Of a stretch of 64,000 nt of DNA, positions 1-11,450 are shown one piece after another; position 1 is the first letter of the stretch; each line of letters begins with the position of its first letter. The stretch covers positions 3,408,917 to 3,472,916 of the forward strand of contig CM119264.1 of the NCBI GenBank assembly GCA_051294375.1, read 5' to 3'. Under the pieces are notes generated by a model. It was not told the origin of the DNA, ran no database searches, and saw only the letters and a program-made list of their open reading frames with translations. Made by a program: the position numbers and the translations under genes. This DNA is from Paraspadella gotoi. Lineage: Eukaryota > Animalia > Chaetognatha.

Positions 1-52
<52 letters not shown>

Positions 53-736
53 AGAGAGAGAGATGAAGGAGAGAGAGCCCCGTCCGCACGTTTCGCTTAT
101 CTCGTCCCGCAAAACGTAGTACTTTCGTGTAGTAAACTTTTTTAAGCTAAAGGAAGGGCCAGGGAGAGGAGGGTCGAAAAGGAGATGAATTTCAATTCAT
201 TCTCAATTCAGTTCGTTTTCGATTTCTGAATAAACAAACGTGAATTTTCTTCGCGTAGTTTTTTTTTTCTTTTCTTGGCTTCGTTTATCCTTCGAGCGCC
301 GTTCTATCAACGATGAAATATTTTTATAAAAAGAAAATGATAAATATAACATTTTTTGGAGGGCGGAGAGGCAATATTTAAAACTAGGAAGACAAGAGAA
401 AGAAAAGAAATGCAGATATAAATTTGTCCGAGATTAAAAGTACAAAATAAATTTCCATGTCTAAACAAAGAGGAGTTGCAAAAAAAAAAATTTAGCAAAT
501 GCTATCAAATTTTTTTGATGCAAAGGAACTCGGAGAACCAAAATAATAAATCACTAAAAAGTATTTTCTTCGTATTTTAGTTCCGTTTCCTTTGTTTCTT
601 TTTTTTTTAAATATTCTGTTTTTTTTTTGTTTTTTTTTACGTCCTTCCGTTTATCTTTATTTCTTGTTTTCTTCTTCTATTTTTCTTTCTTTCTTTTTAT
701 CTTATTATTTCTTTCTTTTTTTTATCCTTGGATCAG

Positions 737-819
737 CGCCGTCGATGAACGGTCTGGATTCTGCCGGCGGCCAACTCAGCTGATGCTCGATTTTGCCGAC
801 AGTCTGCCCTTGCATCGAG
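737..819 (+). CDS. Candidate upstream exon of the VDAC-like gene (AVDERSGFCRRPTQLMLDFADSLPLHR)
   Basis: GC-rich, non-repetitive island after a long polypyrimidine tract ending gatcag|. The frame is open and loosely resembles VDAC ITVEDQ...LKLTFDSSF. There is no GT donor, only GAG|gccgag. Confidence 0.3.
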
Positions 820-822
820 GCC

Positions 823-913
<91 letters not shown>

Positions 914-1597
914 ACGAGACATCAGCTGATTCGTCGTCAGGAATTTGCTGGCGACGCGAAAGCAGAAATCGTCTCTCGCCAATTAAGAGTCGACGTAGAA
1001 AGAAGCGTCTGGCTCTCCATCTGTCTCAACCCTCGTCTCACGACGAAAAAAAAGTATCTGAGTCACAAGTCACAAGTCTCGAAGCGAAATGCTTGGTATC
1101 AAACAAGCAAATGAAACAGTTCAAACTTTAACAGTTAAACCAGGTTGTCTGCCTACCTGACTGTTCGTCGAAATGAGCTCCTCTTGTACCCAATCCATCT
1201 CACATAGACGTATGATCACCGAAATCAACTTTCAACGACTCAAAAACTATTTTTCACCCTTTTTTACTTTTTCGACCCAACCTTCCCCCAACTCCCCACC
1301 TCCCCCCCCTTCTCTCCCTCGACAATCACATTCCTTTCGAACGGGTTCGAGCGATGGGAGGAGGAAATCGGGAGAACGAAGCGAATCGCTCGAACGCGAC
1401 GGACGGAACCGACCGAGCGACCGACCGACCCCGACCGAGCCGACCGACCGGACCGACACGATCGACCGACTCGACGATCGACCGACCGACGCACCGATCC
1501 GCACCGGAGGCGCGACCGACGCCGACCGACCGACGACCGACCGACCGGCCGACCGATCACCGCACCGACCGACCGACCGACCGCGACCACGACCGAC

Positions 1598-2028
1598 TTC
1601 TGGCTCAATTAGCGAGGCTCCTGTGATATTTTCCGTCATCCACCCTACTAAGCTCAATATAGTGTAGTTTGTTCGGCTCGCATAGCGAGGCCCTGTGATG
1701 ATTTTCCGTCCATGCCACCCTTACTAAGCTCATGTATAGTGTAGTTGTTTCTGGCTCGATAGCGAGGCCCTGTGATATGTTTCGTCATCCACCCTTACTA
1801 AGCTCAGTATAGTGTAGTGTTCTGTCGATAGCGACGGCCCTGTGATATGTTTCGTCATCCACGCCTACTAAGCTCATATAGTGTAGTTGTTCTGGCTCGG
1901 ATAGCGGAGGCCCTGTGATTTTTCCGTCATCCACTCCTACTAAGCTCATATAGTGTAGTTGGTTCTGGCTCGCTTAGGAGGGCCCTTGTGATATTTTCCG
2001 TCATCCACGCCTACTAGCTCATATAGTG
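1598..2028. repeat. Noisier second copy of the 6 x 70 bp array
   Basis: Same unit, same count, same first-unit variant (ctcaa instead of ctcga), with many 1-nt indels. Confidence 0.9.
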
Positions 2029-3359
2029 CGACCGACCGATCCGACCGGACGGACCGGACCGACTCGACCAACCGACCGACCGACCGACCCGACCGACCGA
2101 CCGGACCGACCGACCCACCGACCGGACGACCCACCGACCCACCGACCCAACTCCCCTATCCCCTGATCCCCGATAACGGGAGAGCCAAGGCCTCTCAGAC
2201 TGCAATCTCTTTTCAAAAGTGTAATAGAGTTATTTGCGAGAGAGAGAGAGATCGAAGAGAGAGAGAGAGAGAGGGAAAGGAGAGGAGAAGGAGAGAGGTG
2301 AAGGAGAGGGGAGTGCCTTGCTTTTTCTTTATATTTTTTTTTTATTCGCGTAATTTTTCATAGGTGTCAAAAGTAAGAAAAGCAAGCACAAAAATTTCCG
2401 CTAGCGCAAATAAATAGAAAAGAAGAAAAAGAAAAAAAGCAAAAAAGAAAACGAAAAAATAATAAGAAAAATTTATAAAAGATTTAGTTCAGAAATCAAG
2501 GGAAAACGTAAAAAGGATTTCGCTAAGACAATTTTTTTTTAAACTTTTAATCCGAGCCGTCACGAGTGATCGTTTTGTCAGGGGATATGTTACTTTTTTG
2601 AAGTCCGATTTTTAACTTTACAAAAGAAGTCTTTATTCCTTTATTCATTTTTTATGACGGCTACTTTATTTTTTATATAGAAAAAATATCGAAAAAAATA
2701 TATTTTTGTGGTGGATCGAGTTCACAGCTGAATTTAGTATTTAGTTTTAGGATCAGATCTGATTGCAACGAACTATTGCCAGGAAAATGGCAACGAATAG
2801 GCAGCATACTTTTACTTAAAAAAAAAAACTTAAAGAACAAAAAGTGATCAATTGATGGCTCTTTTTTGAGTTCAGCCAAATTGCGAGTTCGGAGTCGTAA
2901 AATTTCTCCTTTAAAACTCGTTTCGTAGTGATCGGAGGAACCCACAAAAATATGAATCTTTAAAGAATAAAACGATGGAATTTCTGCATTTGGAATCGTT
3001 NNNNNNNNNNNNNNNNNNNNNNNNNGAAAGAAGCGTCTCGCTCTCCATCTGTCTCAACCCTCGTCTCACGACGAAAAAAAAGTATCTGAGTCACAAGTCA
3101 CAAGTCTCGAAGCGAAATGCTTGGTATCGAACAAGCAAATGAGAACAGTCAAACTTTAACAGTTAAACCTGGTTTCTTCCTACCTGACTGTTCGTCTAAA
3201 TGAGCTCCTCTTGTACCCAATCCATCTCACATAACTATGATCACCGAAATCAACTTTCAACGACTCAAAACTATTTTCACCCGTTTTACTTTTTTCGAAC
3301 TTCCAAGTGACTCCCTCCCATAGACGTCCCCCACTCCCCCCCCCTTCTCTCCCTCACAA

Positions 3360-4215
3360 TCACATTCCTTTCGAACGGGTTCGAGCGAGGGAGGAGAAAT
3401 CGGAGAACGAAGCGAATCGCTCGAACCGACGGACGAACCGACCGACCGACCGACCGACCGACCGACCGACCGACCGACCGACGATCGCGATCGACCGACC
3501 GACCACCGACCGACGACCGACGATCGACCGACCGACCGATCCGACGGACCGACGACCGACCGATCGACCGACCGACGAGACACTCCGACCGACCGACCAG
3601 ACCGACCGACCGACAGCACCGTTCTGGCTCAATAGCGAGGCCCGTGTATATTTTCCGTCATCCACCCTACTAAGCTCATATAGTGTAGTTGTTCTGGCTC
3701 GGATAGCGAGGCCCTGTGATATTTTCCGTCATCCACCCTACTAAGCTCAATATAGTGTAGTTTTCTGGCTCGATAGCGAGGCCCTGTGATATTTTCGTCA
3801 TCCACCCCTACTAAGCTCATATAGTGTAGTGTTCTGGCTCGATAGCGACGGCCCTGTGATATTTTCCGTCATCCACCCTACTAAGCTCATATAGTGTAGT
3901 TGTTCTGGCTCGATAGCGAGGCCCTGTGATATTTTTCCGTCATCCACCCTACTAAGCTCATATAGTGTAGTTGTTCGGCTCGATAGCGAGGCCCTGTGAT
4001 ATTTTCCGTCATCCACCCTACTAAGCTCATATAGTGCGACCGACCGACCGACCGACCGACCCGACCGACCGACCAACCGACCGACCGACCGACCGACCGA
4101 CCGACCGACCGACCGACCCACCGACCGACCGACCCACCGACCCACCGACCCAACTCCCCTATCCCCTGATCCCCGATAACGGGAGAGCCAAGGCTCTCAG
4201 ACTGCAATCTCTTTT
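3360..4215 (+). mobile_element. Putative non-autonomous Helentron/HINE (DINE-1 or pearl-like) element with central tandem repeats; boundaries approximate
   Basis: Module order: short palindrome tcgaac-gg-gttcga, (CCGA)n, 6 x 70 bp, (CCGA)n, then stem-loops cccg-ataa-cggg and GAGAGCC-aa-GGCTCTC (4183-4198) before a T tract. No transposase; subterminal inverted repeats not identified. Confidence 0.4.
3621..4037. repeat. Tandem array, 6 x 70 bp unit
   Basis: Consensus GTTCTGGCTCGATAGCGAGGCCCTGTGATATTTTCCGTCATCCACCCTACTAAGCTCATATAGTGTAGTT, head to tail with no spacers; aagctca recurs about every 70 nt. Confidence 0.95.
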
Positions 4216-4235
4216 CAAAAGTGATAGAGTTATTT

Positions 4236-4282
<47 letters not shown>

Positions 4283-5087
4283 GAGGAGAGAGTGAGAGAG
4301 AGTGCCTGCTTTTCTTTATATTTTTTTTTATTCGCGTAATTTTTCATAGGTGTCAAAAGTAAGAAAAGCAAGCACAAAAATTCCGTAGCGCAAAATAAAT
4401 AGAAAAAAGAAAAAAGAAAAAAAGCAAAAAAGAAAACCGAAAAAATAAAAGAAAATATTTAAAAAGATTTAAGTTCAGAAATCAAGGAAAAACGTAAAAA
4501 GGATTTCGCTAAGACAATTTTTTTTTTAAACTTTAATCCGAGCCGTCAACGAGTTGATCGTTCTGTCAGGGATATGTTACTTTTTGAAGTCCGATTTTAA
4601 CTTTACAAAAGAAGTCTTTATTCTTTTATTCATTTTTTATGACGCTACTTATTTTTTATATTGAAAAATATAGAAAAAATATAGAAAAAATGTATTTGTG
4701 GTGGATCGAGTTCACAGCGAACTTTTCAGTATCAGCCCCGGGCGAACGGGCGGGCGCGGTATGCGAGCGCGGGGGAGCCTGCTAGTTTTAGGAATCAGAT
4801 CTGATTGCAACGAACCTATTGCCAGAGAAAATGCAACGAATGAGCATCAATGACTTTTTACTTAAAAAAAAAAAGCTTAAAGAACCAAAGTGAATCAATT
4901 GATGGCTTTTTAGTTCAGCCAAATTGCGAGTTCCGAGAGTCGTAAAATTCTCCTTTAAAACTCGTTCGTAGTGAATCGGAGGAACCCACAAAAAATATGA
5001 ATCTTTAAAGGAATAAAAACGATGGAATTCGATTTGGGGGAATCGTTGGCGGGAAACGGGAAAGAAGCGTCGGTAGGATGAAGACAT

Positions 5088-5365
5088 TTTGAAGGTCGGA
5101 GTCATGGAAACGCTTTGAAGGTCGGAGTAGAGAGGATTTTTGAAGGCTTGTCAAAAGGTCGGAGTGGAGAGGCTTGTTAAAAGCTTAGGCAAAGGTTGGA
5201 GTAGAGACCGAAAGGCTTGCCGAAGGCTTGTAAAAATCACAAAAAAGGTTTTTCAAATTTCAGAGTCGTAAAGAGCCTCATCAAAGGTCGGAGTTGCAAA
5301 GGCTTATTATAGGTCGGAGTCCCAAAGAGCCTCGTCAAAAGTCGGAGTCACAGAGGTTCGTCAAA
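5088..5365. repeat. Degenerate minisatellite with core aaggtcggagt
   Basis: About 7 occurrences of (a)aggtcggagt or close variants at irregular spacing. Confidence 0.7.
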
Positions 5366-5367
5366 GG

Positions 5368-5706
5368 ATGGTCTTTGTCGGAATCAAAGTCGCCCTTCAA
5401 AATCATGAGATCAAAATTAACGCGGACGCTGAGGCGGCGCTGCCACTCGTTATTCAGGTAGGTGACGGGGGGCGGAGCGTTTTCTAGCAATTAACTATCT
5501 TTTTCCCACTCATAATAACTAATTAATAAATTAATAAATAATATTAAATAAATAGGCTTTACGTTCGTTTTTTCCCAGACATGCGCTTCAGCGATGCTAA
5601 AGCAAGACATTCAACACGACCTGCATATCGGCGTCAGACTCTGGCTTCCACTCTATCCCAGCCTCACCGCTCAATTTCAGGTGAATTTTTACATTTTCTT
5701 TCTTGT

Positions 5707-5738
<32 letters not shown>

Positions 5739-6558
5739 TTTGTTGTTTCTCTCTCGTTTTCTTTTTTTTTTTGTTTTTTTTTGTAATTTTGTTTTATTTA
5801 TCTTCTTCGTTAACTTTCTGTTTTTTCTTTCTCTTTTAATCTTTATTTGGTTTTCTGTTTATTATTTTATGGTATTGTTTTGTTTCTTTTGACGAGACCG
5901 TCTTTCCCCCCACCCCCTCGGCGCAGGGTATCGGCGGCTTCCAAGGCGCCCTCTCCAACTTTAAACCCTCCTTCTTGCCCAGCGCCTCGCCCGTCTTCAA
6001 TTTCGCTTGGGGATTCGAGTCCACGCCCACTATCGACGCATGTACTCTCTGCGTCGGACATTGGATCAGTGAGGATTCTTGGAGGGGGGGGGGCAATCCG
6101 TTCGTTCATTAGATGATTCATTCGTTCGATTTGTCATTCTCTCGCTTCCTTCATTCAATAATTATTTTTTATACATTAAATCATGGCTTCATTTTTTCCT
6201 TTATTCATTGATTAGTTTATTCATTCATTCATTCATTCATTCATTCATTCATTCATTCATAATTCCAATTATTTTTTTGGATTGATCAACAGACCGGCAA
6301 CTCTCGTTCATGGCTTCGACTGACCTACGCGGCGCTACGGAGCTGCATCTGCGGAGCTGGAGCGTGGGCGTGACTCTGAGCCCGGCCGGCGGTTTTTGGC
6401 TGGTCGCCGCCTTCAACGACCAGAAACAGTTGGGACTGGGGCTCCGATACAATGTGCCGGGGCTGAACGCGGCCGTCGCGGGCAGCCTCGTGCTGGAGAC
6501 GGGGAGGCCCGCCTACGATCAGAACAAAGCGACGCTGGGGATCGAGTTTCCTACTTGA
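5368..6558 (+). CDS. Divergent VDAC / eukaryotic porin-family (Porin_3) beta-barrel protein; join(5368..5457,5579..5680,5927..6068,6293..6558); probably 5'-partial
   Basis: Three GT-AG introns (CAG|gtaggt..ttcccag, CAG|gtgaat..cgcag, TCA|gtgagg..caacag; phases 0,0,1) splice to a 600-nt stop-free frame of 199 aa. The C-terminus AAFNDQKQLGLGLRYNVPG...KATLGIEFPT* aligns by eye with VDAC [20 protein letters not shown]...HKLGLGLEFQA. GHWINRQLSF resembles YQKVNKKLET, and GIKVALQNHEIKINAD resembles KIKTGYKREHINLGCD. Exons are GC-rich relative to the introns. Family assignment is by eye, not by search. Confidence 0.75.
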
Positions 6559-6803
6559 TGGAGTGATGTTGGAATTTGATGGGGGAGAATCGGGATGCTG
6601 GGCGATGAAGAGCGATGCAGAATTGAGTTTAACCTTTTACATTATTAATTTAAATTGTTTTTTTTTATATTCGGAGTTGATTAAATTGATAAATTTGTTT
6701 TGGACGCTATGATGAAAAGTTATTACTTTATTTAAAAACACATGTTCACTTGTGCCAATAATAATGTTTAAAAATGTCGCAAGATTTACTCCTAATTTAT
6801 TAT

Positions 6804-6809
6804 AATAAA
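6804..6809 (+). promoter_or_regulatory. Candidate polyadenylation signal AATAAA of the VDAC-like gene
   Basis: AATAAA about 245 nt after the stop codon, followed by a GT/T-rich stretch (ggtttgtttgttttc). Confidence 0.4.
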
Positions 6810-6861
6810 AAAACTGGTTTGTTTGTTTTCCTTTCTATTTCGTTGGTGAAACAGACGTTCG

Positions 6862-6906
6862 TTTAGAGACAGAAAATTTCATTTTCACAACGAATTGTTT
6901 TTATTA

Positions 6907-6940
<34 letters not shown>

Positions 6941-7074
6941 AATTTATGACTTGCCAAAGTTTTGTATTTCAAATTCTCAAAATGCACTAATGATGAACAA
7001 AACAATTGTTCGAAACATGTCTGCATTAATAATAAAAACAATTCGTTGTGAAAATCAAATTTTCTGTCTCTAAA
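6862..7074. mobile_element. MITE-like element, ~213 bp, with 45-bp inverted arms
   Basis: tttagagacagaaaatttcattttcacaacgaattgtttttatta (6862-6906) is the reverse complement of 7030-7074 with 1 mismatch. Confidence 0.6.
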
Positions 7075-7644
7075 TAAAAAAAACTGTTACGAATTAGGTA
7101 GTTTATCTCGAACTTTACTGAAAGCCATATCTTTGTGATTTTTCCCGGTGAATCGCCTCTTTCGATTCTGTGTTCACAGTTCACAGTTCACTCATCTTCG
7201 ATCTCCATTGTTTTTGTATTTCTGACCCAAAGACCAAAATCACTCTTTTCGATCCACGCGAAGGAATGTAACATCGAGCGTGAAAATGAGCTCCCGCATC
7301 AGGTGACCAGGTGACCCAGTATCTCGCCAATCAGGTGACCCAGTATCTCGCCAATCCATCTCCCAGAAAAACTATTCGATCTTTAAAGCCGACACCTTTC
7401 GGTAGCCTCCCTCTTCTGCCTCCTTTCGAAAACCCCAGGCCATTAAGGGTCGAACCGCCCACCCTCTTCCGATCTGACCAGTGATCGACCCTATCCCCCG
7501 CCCCCGCAAATAACTGGTGAAACTCACAGTTCAGGAAATTGGTTCGTTGCTCTTCACCCGCGACGCTCCAGTCGTCTCATGACTCATCTTATCTCACATA
7601 AACTTGAACTCGTAGCTCAGCTCGAACATCTAGCTGCGGCTCGT

Positions 7645-8020
7645 GCTCGGCGTCGGCTCGGCTCGGCTCGGCTCGGCGCTCGGCTCGGCTCGGCTCGGCT
7701 CGGCTCGGCTCGGCTCGGCCTCGGCTCGGCTCGGCTCGGCTCGAGCTCGGCTCGGCTCGGCTACGGCTCCAACTCATTCTCATCTCAAGTCCCAACTTCA
7801 ACTCAAGCTCAACGTCGAAGCTGGCAAGCGCAGACTCAACTGGCAAGGGCTCAGACTCAACTCAATGCGTCAAGCTCAACTCAACTGCAAACGGTCAACT
7901 TCTAACTATACGTCAGGACTGCGAGGCGTCGAGAAGCGTCGACTCAAACGCACTCAAACTCAACCTCTAACTATACTCAAACTCGACTCGAACTCGACTT
8001 CAACTCAACCTCAACTCAAA
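7645..8020. repeat. (GCTCG)n pentamer tract grading into degenerate (ACTCAA)n
   Basis: Direct inspection. Confidence 0.9.
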
Positions 8021-8628
8021 CTGAGTCTCCGCCCTTCCGCTTCCTTAAAGTTCACCTTCTCCATTTCAACTATTGACCATTCCCTCCACCTTTCCCGTCT
8101 TCATTANNNNNNNNNNGCCTTCTGCCTTCTGCCTTCTGCCTTCTACTTTCCGGGCGTCCTTCTCACTTTCGACCAATCGAGACTCAGGGGTAAGGAAACG
8201 AAAAGGAAAGTGCGTAGATTTTTACTTTTCGTTAATCCGTCGTTGTTTCTTTGCTTTGTTAATCTCAGCGACCAATGAGAATGCTTTCTTTCTCGCCTTT
8301 AAACTCTTCACAATCCTAAGTTATTTGTACTGACTCGATCTGATTTTTCGCCCTTTTGCCCAAGAGCTCCCTACCTTTGGTAAGTGCATCGTTTAATCAT
8401 CTAATTGAGATACTCGCGTTGACGGAAGACGCGCCTTCGATATTTGTGCGCGAACGAGAATCGAAAATATCTGTCACTATCAGTACGAATTCTTGACATA
8501 TCAGTTGACGAGTTTTACTCAACAAAGTAATATAAGGTTGTCGTTTGTAACATATATTTAAAAATAGAAAAACAAAACGATGCAGTCTTGGAATATTTTG
8601 ATAATTCGAAATTTTTTTTTAAATTTTG

Positions 8629-8703
8629 CTTGAGACCCGATCCCGCCCCCCCAAGGAGTCTTGAGACCTGCTTGAGACCTGGTCCCGCCCCCCCAAGGAG
8701 TCT
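8629..8703. repeat. Short direct repeat cttgagacc..tcccgccccccaaggagtct x2
   Basis: Two near-identical ~33-bp copies, each containing a GC-box-like CCCGCCCC. Confidence 0.7.
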
Positions 8704-11035
8704 TTAGTTGACGCTTCCTTTCTTATTCCTTTTAAGACCTGCGTTTATTTTTCGACGCGACGACGATGACGACGAAGACGACGACGNNNNNNNNNNNNNN
8801 NNNNNNNNNNNNNNNNNNNNNNNNNNNNNNNNNNNNNNNNNNNNNNNNNNNNNNNNNNNNNNNNNNNNNNNNNNNNNNNNNNNNNNNNNNNNNNNNNNNN
8901 NNNNNNNNNNNNNNNNNNNNNNNNNNNNNNNNNNNNNNNNNNNNNNNNNNNNNNNNNNNNNNNNNNNNNNNNNNNNNNNNNNNNNNNNNNNNNNNNNNNN
9001 NNNNNACGACGACGACGACGACGACGACGATTCAGAAAGTACACAAATGTATCCCAGTGGAGCGACGGCTTTGAGTGAAGCGGGCGTGAGGGGATAAAAG
9101 GCGAGGGAAGAATGAAAGAATCGTGAAATATGATGTTTACGAGGTAAGTTGTTGACAAGGTAAGTCGTCGACTATAAAAAAGCAGCGAATCAGAAAGGAA
9201 ACTCTCCAAAGGAAACTCGTCTCGAAAGAATCGAGACTAAATACGTACGGCGTCGTACGCATGGATTTAAAAAAGAATAAGAAGCTTTGGAAAGAGTTTG
9301 CAATGCGTTCTCATTTAATGGACGATGAACCGAAACGATTAAATGGATGACGCAATAAAAAAAACATATTCGTTTAATTATATCCCTGCCACTGCCCCCC
9401 CCCCTCAAAAAAAACAAAAAAACTCGTTACTGTTAACAATTGACTCAAATCAAAATCCAGGAAGTTTTTATACTTATATACTTAACTTTTTTTTAAAGAT
9501 AAAAAAAAAGATAATTGTTTTCGAACGAAGGGACTTTTTTTTAAACGACTTGGATCGAGTCGAAGTTTTCATTCATCTTTTGGTTCATTTGTTTCTTCGG
9601 CCATTTCCTCCAACCCGCCCCCTNNNNNNNNNNNNNNNNNNNNNNNNNNNNNNNNNNNNNNNNNNNNNNNNNNNNNNNNNNNNNNNNNNNNNNNNNNNNN
9701 NNNNNNNNNNNNNNNNNNNNNNNNNNNNNNNNNNNNNNNNNNNNNNNNNNNNNNNNNNNNNNNNNNNNNNNNNNNNNNNNNNNNNNNNNNNNNNNNNNNN
9801 NNNNNNNNNNNNNNNNNNNNNNNNNNNNNNNNNNNNNNNNNNNNNNNNNNNNNNNNNNNNNNNNNTTTTAACCTTTCCGACATATTCTTTGGCTGTATTC
9901 ATTAACATGTACATTAATTATTTCATTGATACATTAATACAATAATGTATTAATAATANNNNNNNNNNNNNNNNNNNNNNNNNNNNNNNNNNNNNNNNNN
10001 NNNNNNNNNNNNNNNNNNNNNNNNNNNNNNNNNNNNNNNNNNNNNNNNNNNNNNNNNNNNNNNNNNNNNNNNNNNNNNNNNNNNNNNNNNNNNNNNNNNN
10101 NNNNNNNNNNNNNNNNNNNNNNNNNNNNNNNNNNNNNNNNNNNNNNNNNNNNNNNNNNNNNNNNNNNNNNNNNNNNNNNNNNNNNNNNNNNNNNNNNNNN
10201 NNNNNNNNNNNNNNNNNNNNNNNNNNNNNNNNNNNNNNNNNNNNNNNNNNNNNNNNNNNNNNNNNNNNNNNNNNNNNNNNNNNNNNNNNNNNNNNNNNNN
10301 NNNNNNNNNNNNNNNNNNNNNNNNNNNNNNNNNNNNNNNNNNNNNNNNNNNNNNNNNNNNNNNNNNNNNNNNNNNNNNNNNNNNNNNNNNNNNNNNNNNN
10401 NNNNNNNNNNNNNNNNNNNNNNNNNNNNNNNNNNNNNNNNNNNNNNNNNNNNNNNNNNNNNNNNNNNNNNNNNNNNNNNNNNNNNNNNNNNNNNNNNNNN
10501 NNNNNNNNNNNNNNNNNNNNNNNNNNNNNNNNNNNNNNNNNNNNNNNNNNNNNNNNNNNNNNNNNNNNNNNNNNNNNNNNNNNNNNNNNNNNNNNNNNNN
10601 NNNNNNNNNNNNNNNNNNNNNNNNNNNNNNNNNNNNCTTCTAACACTCGGCCAACGCGCGCGCTCCGAGTTTTTCTAATTAATCAGTCCGGGTTTTAATG
10701 AACTTGCAGACTCAAAAACTTTTCGTTACACCACGCCGCCGCCGACGACGACGACGACGACGACGACGATGATGATGACGTCCAAAAAAAAAAAGTAAAG
10801 TTATGGCCGGCGGTTCGCGTTCCTGTTTAGCACGGCAGGTTGAAAGATTCCTTCGGTAAGACCCGAGTCTGAGAAAGGGGAAAGCAAAAAAAAAAAACGT
10901 TCGTCAATAGTTATTAAAAGCAACGATCGAGCGGAATCCAACTGTTCCAAACTACTCTACAGTAGAGTGTTTTGAAAATGATAAAATTTTAGAAAATTAA
11001 AATTTAGTATNNNNNNNNNNNNNNNNNNNNNNNNN

Positions 11036-11415
11036 ATAGAATATAGTCCACTGGTGCCCCCTTTCACTAATATATAATTAAAAAAATAAAACTCACGGCA
11101 AAGTATTTTTATTAGTTTTTTTTATATTTTAATAGTACTACTAAATTTTAATTTTCTAAAATTTTTATCATTTTCTAAACACTCTAAACTCGTAGAGAGT
11201 AAGTTTGGATAACAGTTTGGATTCCGCTCGACGATCGTTGCTATTTAATCTAATTGACGCAAGTTTTTTTTTTTTTTTTTTGCTTTTTCCACTCTTCCCT
11301 TTCCTCGCTCAGAAAGTACTCGGGTCTTAACTCGAACGGAATCTTTCGAACGCTGGCCGTGCTAAAATCGAGGAACGCCGAAACGGCAGGTCCGGCACAT
11401 ACCCCAATCTTTAAA

Positions 11416-11450
<35 letters not shown>

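Larger units (their letters stand above)
995..5046. other. ~2-kb tandem duplication (995-3000 and 3026-5046) across a 25-N gap; probable gap-filling artefact
   Basis: The copies are colinear, differ mainly by single-base indels and are separated by exactly 25 N. Confidence 0.85.

Noticed and set aside
3621-4037. Regular ~70-bp periodicity resembling a CRISPR array
   Set aside because: The whole unit repeats with no unique spacers, there are no cas genes, and the context is eukaryotic
1173-4339. ORFs rich in PTDR/SVGR and repeated MSLVGWMTENITG
   Set aside because: These are translations of (CCGA)n and of a 70-bp unit that is not a multiple of 3
995-5046. A real tandem segmental duplication
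   Set aside because: Differences are indel-dominated, a diagnostic variant is shared, and a 25-N spacer points to two reads of one locus
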